Origin: Klebsormidium nitens
Taxonomy: Eukaryota > Plantae > Klebsormidiophyceae
Direction of reading: 5' to 3'
Length of the DNA: 64,000 nucleotides
NCBI GenBank assembly: GCA_000708835.1
Contig: DF236976.1
Span: 62,001-126,000 of the forward strand
Shown here: piece after piece, positions 57,095 through 64,000 of the stretch
Position numbering within the stretch: the first letter of the stretch is position 1
How the letters are laid out: the number at the start of each line of letters is the position of its first letter
Program-made: the position numbers and the translations under genes
Notes under the pieces: generated by a model
The model's input: only the letters and a program-made list of their open reading frames with translations
The model's database searches: none
Told to the model about the DNA's origin: nothing

Positions 57095-57899
57095 CCTTCC
57101 TCGCTTGAGAGATTCCGCAGGAATTTACAAGCTGTAACTTAGGGAGAGCACTATAAGTAGTCAGCGTGATCCCTCAGCTGTATAAGGAACAGGCTGCTAC
57201 CTCCAAAGGGTGTACTGCACTATGTACTGCTGCCTTTTCTTGAAAGCGATGTGCAATGTTGAGACACCCAAGTGACAGCCCTTTTGCTCGTCCTAGCAAT
57301 CTTTCAAAGGGCCGCCGCTACTTAGATGAGAACCTGCAAACCTCTGCTACTACCTTAGCAGCTGTTTTGAGACCTTCAAGATCGTTTTTGTGGCTGAGCC
57401 AAGGCAAGAGCTGCAAGCTGCAGACAACGTTCAAACAACTTTGCAAGGTTGCCGATCCCTATCAGAATCTGGCTATCAGGGGACGCAGCTTGCTGACTAC
57501 GGTACTATTACTAGGTAGCTAGGACTAGTCTTTAAGTTCTACGGGATGTGGACATCTTTAGCCTTAATAGGTAGGGTTTGCAATCTGCAGGATCCCTCTG
57601 CAGACTGAGACAGACTGCGGACTGCAGTGCAGATCGCAGGGAGGACCGCGCTAGTCTGAAGCTAGTCATCAGTTCTGCAGATCGGAGCACTTGAGGACGC
57701 GGCAGCTCGTGTGGCGGTACGCACCGTGTGTAAGCAGTCGGGGCTCCGTTCTGTTTAAAACGGTACGTACCGAGAACCGGCGGTGACCAGCAAGTTGGCC
57801 CACTGCTTCCGGAGTCCGAACTCGGAGCCCACGAGATCCACATGGGTTTAGGCGCCAGCTTCCGCCGGCTGCAATCTTGCGACTGCAATCATGCGATGG

Positions 57900-58200
57900 A
57901 CGTCATCAAACTTAATCTCGTTATTGGTTTCGTTTATCGTAATGATCAACTTGACTTTATGAACAATATCAGTCGAGATATTGAGTTTAATTAAATGAGC
58001 TCCGACTAACACTAAAAAACCCTAACCAAAAAAGATATCTGCTCCGCACCCTTACCCACCCTAAACCACCAGACTAACCCTACCCGTCATATCAGTGCGG
58101 TTAGTTTTTACCCAACATTTTTTACCGCTTATATTAGATATATATTTCTTGACTTAATACAATCAACTTGACAATCCGTCGTCAAATTGGCGGCATGATT
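57900..58200. other. AT-rich island with degenerate CCCTAA/CCCTAAA telomere-like motifs
   Basis: Visibly more AT-rich than its flanks; aaaccctaac, cccttacc, ccctaaacc and taaccctacc cluster at ~58015-58085. Confidence 0.45.
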
Positions 58201-58380
58201 ACCGGCGAAAATCTCGATGCATCGCGGACTCCCGAGGGGTTATGTACCGGTAATATTTGCGGTCTTGAAGGCTAACCCAGGGCTTAATACGCGGAACCCA
58301 AGCCTTGGTGGTTATCAACCATGCTGGGTCACAGATGCATGTACAAGTTCAATTGGGAGAACTACCGGTAGCTGTTGCCG

Positions 58381-58410
58381 GACATTGAGCAGGGCGACAT
58401 TGAGCAGGGC
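58381..58410. repeat. Perfect 15-bp tandem duplication
   Basis: gacattgagcagggc x2. Confidence 0.9.
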
Positions 58411-59648
58411 TTGTTGCACTGGTTAAAAAACAAGTTTCTGAAACCCTCGCCATAACCCTTCCGTCAAACCAGGTCTCGTCCCAGAAGTGCCACGTGCTTA
58501 CTACCGACTGGTCGTACAATACACAGTCACCACACTAGGACTAGGTATACCTACCTAGCTAGGACCAAGCTGCCATGGGGCCGGGATGATGAAGCAGACA
58601 GACGCAAGTAGTACAAAGAACTCAGTTGTAAAAGTGTTAACAAGCAGGTGTTACCTAGGCCGATATCCTCAGCCGCACGATTTGTGTTCGCCCGTACCAC
58701 TTTTCGACCGTGATTGCATCTCCAAAACCATGTGTACGACTACCGGTACCGGGAGAGCCAAACATCCTCATCGCGGTACTAGTACCTACCCCTAACCAAG
58801 CTAGGCTGCGCAGTCCCGGGCTATGACGTCCATCCCTCCGGTCAAAACCACCGGGCAATGTAGGCAAGGGAAGGCTTTAGAAGTTTAGGCCTGGGTAAAG
58901 GGGCTAGACGCCTGAATCGTTTCCAACCAAGCCCGGTCATCTCATCCCTGCACTCCTAGTATCCATCCGGTTCAAATAAGTGGCTCGGTGACCTAGACTG
59001 TAATGACCTGGAGTTTCAATAGCTGAAGTACCGAGCATTTCCTCCGGTCAGTATGCTCAGACACAGATAATTCTAGGGGGTTGGAACACTTGAGGTTTGA
59101 TGTTCACACTTTTACAACTGAGTTCTTTGACCACTGAGATGGTGCTGGGAATCGAAGGGGATGGGGTTTGGCCGCTTCGCATTGCTTCTGTGGCACCAGA
59201 GGCTGAGCAGACGAGCCTGGGCATTCCGTTTGTAAGCACCGTCTTGAGGAACGCAGAATCACGTCTGCGTCTGTGCCCAGAACTCGAGGAAGGTTTGCAT
59301 GCTTGGTTTGAGAGGAGTTTGAGGTTCAAGGGGAGATAGTAGCAATCTGTCACGCCTTGTAAAGGAGCTGTGAATTCCCTGTACAGGCAAATGCATGCAA
59401 ACAGCCTGGTTGCCTAGAAATGAACGTTCAGAGAGGAAAAGGGAGCCTTTTGGAATCACACTGTGGAGTGTGAAATCCTCTGTGCTGCATACAGCATAGC
59501 TTCTGGGGCCAGTTTTGCTTGTTATTGAAAAGAAGCAGAAGACTATGGATAGTAGTTAAGAAGAGGTTTACAAGCAGCAGAGGTCTGCGTAGTAACACCT
59601 ACTCAGTGTGAGCTGCCTCCAAATGCAATAAGGCGTCAAAAACTAAAC

Positions 59649-62600
59649 ATGGCAGCCTTTCATCCCTCAAAGACTCCGGACGTAGCAGCAGAGAGTATTC
59701 CTAGCATCGCCTTGACGAAGGCGGCTAATATTGTTGAATCCGGAACTCAGAACCAGACCAATGAGAAAGCAGCCCCGTCAATACCACACGACCTGCGGCC
59801 AGCAGGTGACATTAGCATCCGCACCCGGAACGCAGACCCTAAATGCGAGCGGCACTATGTGATTGTCGTGCACGGCACATTCGACCCCCCTGCCCCAGAT
59901 GAAAAAGTTCCAAAGTGGTACCAACCTGACCCAGAAAACCCCAAGAATTTCTGCACCATTGTTGGGGAAAACTTGGAACACCTTCCCCTGGGAAAAGATG
60001 CGGTGTGGCGGGACCTGCCTGTGCGCGCCCCCCCAAAGCTGCGATCGTTCTGCTGCGGATTCATCCCAGCAGAACAGGAGCAGGAGGTTCCGTACCCCTT
60101 CCATTGGGATGGGAGCAACACGCATGCAGGGAGGATTGCAGGGGGGCGCCAGCTGGCGGTGCTTCTTAACACCATCGGGAAGAACGATCCGGCAGCAAGG
60201 ATACACCTTGTGGCGCACTCGCACGGGGGTAACGTGGTGCTCGCGGGTGTGGCGGTGAGGGGCGGCGCTGGGCTCATTGTGCTACTTTGGAGCTTTTCAT
60301 TGGGTAGCTTGGGACTTCCGCTTTGTGCATCTTATCAAGTGGAAGTGAAGGTCGAAGCAATGAAGGAGCTTTCCTTGGTTTCTTCTTGCCTCCACGGTAG
60401 AGTAGATATACTTGGCCTCTTTTCTATCGTGGCTTCAACCAATGCATAATGCGCGAAACTGGTTAAAGCCACAATTCCCAACCTGGAAGAATATGGAACA
60501 AGCCAATAAGCATCCGAAGGGAAAGTTTGCCCGGTGGCTCTGTTTGACTTTCTCCAGCTTGACTTTGTACAAAGACCGTAAACCATTCCTTTAAAATGGT
60601 TGCTAATGATCTGTCTCTGGGCCTACAGAAGTACCTGCGTATCCTGCGAAAGGAATCTGGCCAAAACTACAACGACGACATCGAAGCAGCATTCTGGAGG
60701 GACGCCAAGCAAGATCACGACGAGATTGGCAAGCCCGGGAAGATCACAGACGTCATCTGGTGGTGGAAGCTGAACCCGTTCTTAATGGTGCACCGGTGAG
60801 GGGCCTTCCCAAGGCTCTGAACACTGAAATTGGAATATGGCGTTTCGGGGAAACCTTTTAGTAGCTAGGACCTTTTAAAGGCTTTTTGTTTGTTACTTAC
60901 GCGTTAGTTTGTTGAACCTGGCTGGCTTAACCAGACTCATGATCCAGGAATTTTGGAAGAGTGGGATTGTGCGACATCCCAAGCCATAGTCACAGGACGT
61001 CTGGAACATCAGACCAGCCCAGTCGTCGATGCAGTCAGGCTTGGGTAGAAAAGCGATGATACTCATAAATAGAGGCCAATATCCACGAGTAATTTTCAGC
61101 ATGGTCTTGACTGTCCAAATGTCGGAGAATCAACCCTTTTTCGGTGGGCTTCTCCACATTCTAGAAGCCCTGACCCCAGGTCTATCTGCGCAGGCCGTTC
61201 CCAATCGTTGAGAAGACCGACGAAGAAACTGGGTTGAGGAAAGCCAAGATTTCGGCAGGCAAGCTGACCCGCGCGTCCTTCATCAAGCGCTTCTTTCGGC
61301 CCGCCAGCTACGACCAGGAAAACTTTGGCGGGAAAGAACTTTACAGGTGGGAACGATGTTCTCCAGTCTAGGCATTCACCTTTCAGATCTTGGGGGCTGA
61401 CCATGGTATAATGGACAGGACTTCGGTCCTGAAATTTCACAAGGCGAAGTGCAAGGCTTCCGAGTGGCTGCCAGAATAGGATCTCAAAGCGGAACCCATA
61501 TAGAAAGACGTGCGGCTGCGACATACGTAAAACTCGGACTGGCGAGACTCCGTTGTAAGCTCAGAACTCTGAAAGCAACAAGTGTGGCTGGAGTTCTAAG
61601 AGAAAGGGCTGCCACTTTACGCAATATCTGAGCTGGCCTTGACGTTCAAAGTGCCTTCGTCGTGTTACACTCTTTCCAAGAATATTTTTGGAGTGGCTGA
61701 CACGTGTTATTCGCAGGTGGGCGTATTATTCGTGGATGGACCGGCTGCTGCAGCTGGGACAGATCCGGCGCTACAAGTACCTGCGCCGCAGGTGGGCGAC
61801 CTGCCCCGTCACCAACGCGCTCGGCAACATCGTCTTCCTTGGTGAGCAACTGCGGCATGGACGCCCACAGAGTGACAGTTGCGGCGAAATATTACGCAAA
61901 ATGCTTAATGCTAGGTGTGGGGCAATCGTTGTAAGTAATCAGCAGCCAAGAAGCATAATTGGACACTCTGTTGTGTACAAAGCACGACATGACGTACATA
62001 GTACCTGAAAGGGTGCCCCTTCCGCTTGTGCTAGCACTCTGTTGGCACGCAAACTCCTAAGCTGGCAGCTCGCATATTCGCGCATGTTTGCACTAAGTTA
62101 AATACGACGAGATCGTCAAGCTGGCACCGTGCCTACTTCGGTTGAGTTTACGTCACCATTGCCCTTTCATGTCAGCAAAATCTGCAAGCTCAGTCGGTCC
62201 ACATAGCTCGAGCTTTCTCCATGCTTGCCGGCTTACTTAGTGGAAGAACTTTAGCGCAACTCCGATACCTGGCTATCCGACAGCTCGTGCCCCCAAAGGA
62301 CGCAATTCACGCTGACTTTCTTCCGCAGGGACGCCTTTCTACACCAAGATCTGGGACGACTTCAGCACAATACACGTGGCACTCGGCATCCTGTGGCAGA
62401 CCATCATTGTGTCGGTCACTTTGGGCGTCATCGTGACGCTGTTCCGGCTGGCCGTCTACCGCCGGTACCAGTCGCTGTTGGGGACCGGCAGTACCGTCTT
62501 CTGGGCAGTCACCGCTGTGCTTTCGTTTGTGGCGCTCACGATCAAGCGGGTCCAGGACAGGGTGAGGGAGACAAAATCCTCGTCTTTGAGTTTCGACGAA

Positions 62601-63926
62601 CAGCTGGCAGACTGTCTTGGTTTGGAATGGGGAGCAAAAGAATGCTCTTTAGGTCTTTGATTACACAAGGATCTCCCCAAAGACGGAATTATATGCATGG
62701 ATACTCCGACGGGTAGTTCACTATCTATGTTGGCAGTGGATCTGCACGCGTTGTTGCAGGTTTGGGGTCCTCCATCTTTTGCTAAAGCAACGCTACGACT
62801 GCAGATGTGCAATAGTGTCTGGCTTGAAGTCCTTACAGCAGCAAGAACTGCAGTCGTGAAGGCGTGACAAAGTGCCGTTTCCGTGCAGGTGTTCTACAAT
62901 GGGAACCTGTACCACGACCCGCGCAAACCGTGGTCTGACACGATGCGCGCCCTGGTGGTCAATGCGGGAAAGCTGGACGAAGCGGCGCTTGCGCTCTCGA
63001 CTGAGCCCGTGGTGAGCGCGCAACTGCACCTGTAGCGATTGCGATCGAGGTCATGCTTTGCTCGGGTGTCTTGTGACTTACTTCGCTTCTTTTTGGAGTG
63101 GAGTCTTGACGGCGCTGAAAGTCTTAGCTCAGCCAATACTGGGAAGAGGGAACGGAAAAGGAGGAATACAGTTGAGTGAATCAAACTTCGACGGAACCGG
63201 ATTATGTTCATGCCAAAGAGGCGCGCAGCTAATGAAAAGTAAGGCTGCGTCTCCAGAGAACTTTGGAGGAGCTCCTCAACAAGTCGCGCCCTTATCCGCT
63301 CACCCATTGAAGAAGGGCCGGCGTTTTGAGAGGCTTTGAGGTCAGGCTTCTGCAAACGAGGACCTCAAGGTCCCGGAGGTGGTTGCAAGGAAATTGTAGG
63401 TCTGTATCCTTCCGCCAGTTGTCTGAGCAGCAAATGGCCCCGCCCGCCACCCAACTGACCAGGCACCTACTCCCGTTCTCTTGATTTACCAAAGTCGTTC
63501 AAGCTCGGACACCTCGCCGGCTGCTTTAAGATTTCAGAGTCGCCTGAGAGTGACAAGTCAACGAGACAGCCTACCAAACACCTGCAGAGCCCTTGAGCCT
63601 GTCATCAGTCCGACCTCATAACTGCGCTCACAACCGCCCTCTGACATGCTCGGACTCCTCTCTTTCCTTCGCAGGTGCGCGCATACCTCCTCCCCCAGAT
63701 CCGCTTCTACCTGGACCCCGCCCCGTGGTCCACGTGGCAGTACCCCATTGGCCGCACGTGGTACAAGACGCTGGCCATCTGGTACGACGACGTGTGGCTC
63801 GTCGTGTGGAACACGCTCTTTTCGCTGCTGCTCCTGCTGCGCTGGATGGCCAACTTCCTGCTCGTGCCGCTGCTCTCTGAGTCCACGCTCAAGCTGCTCA
63901 TCACCATGTCCTTCGGCCTGCAAAAC
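59649..63926 (+). CDS. Membrane-associated alpha/beta-hydrolase (lipase/esterase-like), 5' part; continues off the right edge
   Basis: Exons 59649-60254, 60629-60795, 61194-61346, 61717-61841, 62329-62561, 62889-63011, 63675-63926 are phase-compatible. Motifs VIVVHGTF, FHWDGSN, IHLVAHSHGGNV (nucleophile elbow), IVFLG|TPF, two TM-like helices, LDEAA, further hydrophobic segments. Confidence 0.85.
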
Positions 63927-64000
63927 GTGAGGGATTCCTGCCAACCGGCCCTGCTCTTTGCGCCTGGTGCGGTCTCGCCTCTCAAGAGAGAAGCAGAAGC

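Overview
Intron-rich, GC-rich eukaryotic nuclear DNA with GT(GC)-AG introns of about 0.2-1.2 kb. The plant-type genes and their architecture suggest a streptophyte green alga, Klebsormidium-like (inference). I reconstructed the exons by hand. In order: 5' part of SF3A3 (-); a 17-exon LRR receptor-like kinase with a Gly/Pro-rich and AGP-like stalk (+); an orphan gene with one 2.1-kb exon (+); an unidentified multi-exon gene with a transit-peptide-like N-terminus (-); plastid fabG (+); a small 3-exon SAM-like gene absent as a whole from the ORF track (-); a cluster of ACT/BAT1-type permease (+), two tandem glutaredoxins with an unusual monothiol CPFT site (+,+) and a second, convergent permease (-); and a membrane alpha/beta-hydrolase with bacterial-type motifs (+, runs off the window). 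Notable points: the CPFT glutaredoxin pair (one with a possible signal peptide, one with a GC-AG intron); two intron presence/absence differences between the permeases; duplicated splice-junction copies forming stop-containing decoy acceptors; a kinase catalytic loop reading HRDFTSSN; and MITE-like inverted repeats in divergent intergenic regions. I recognised no rRNA, tRNA or CRISPR.
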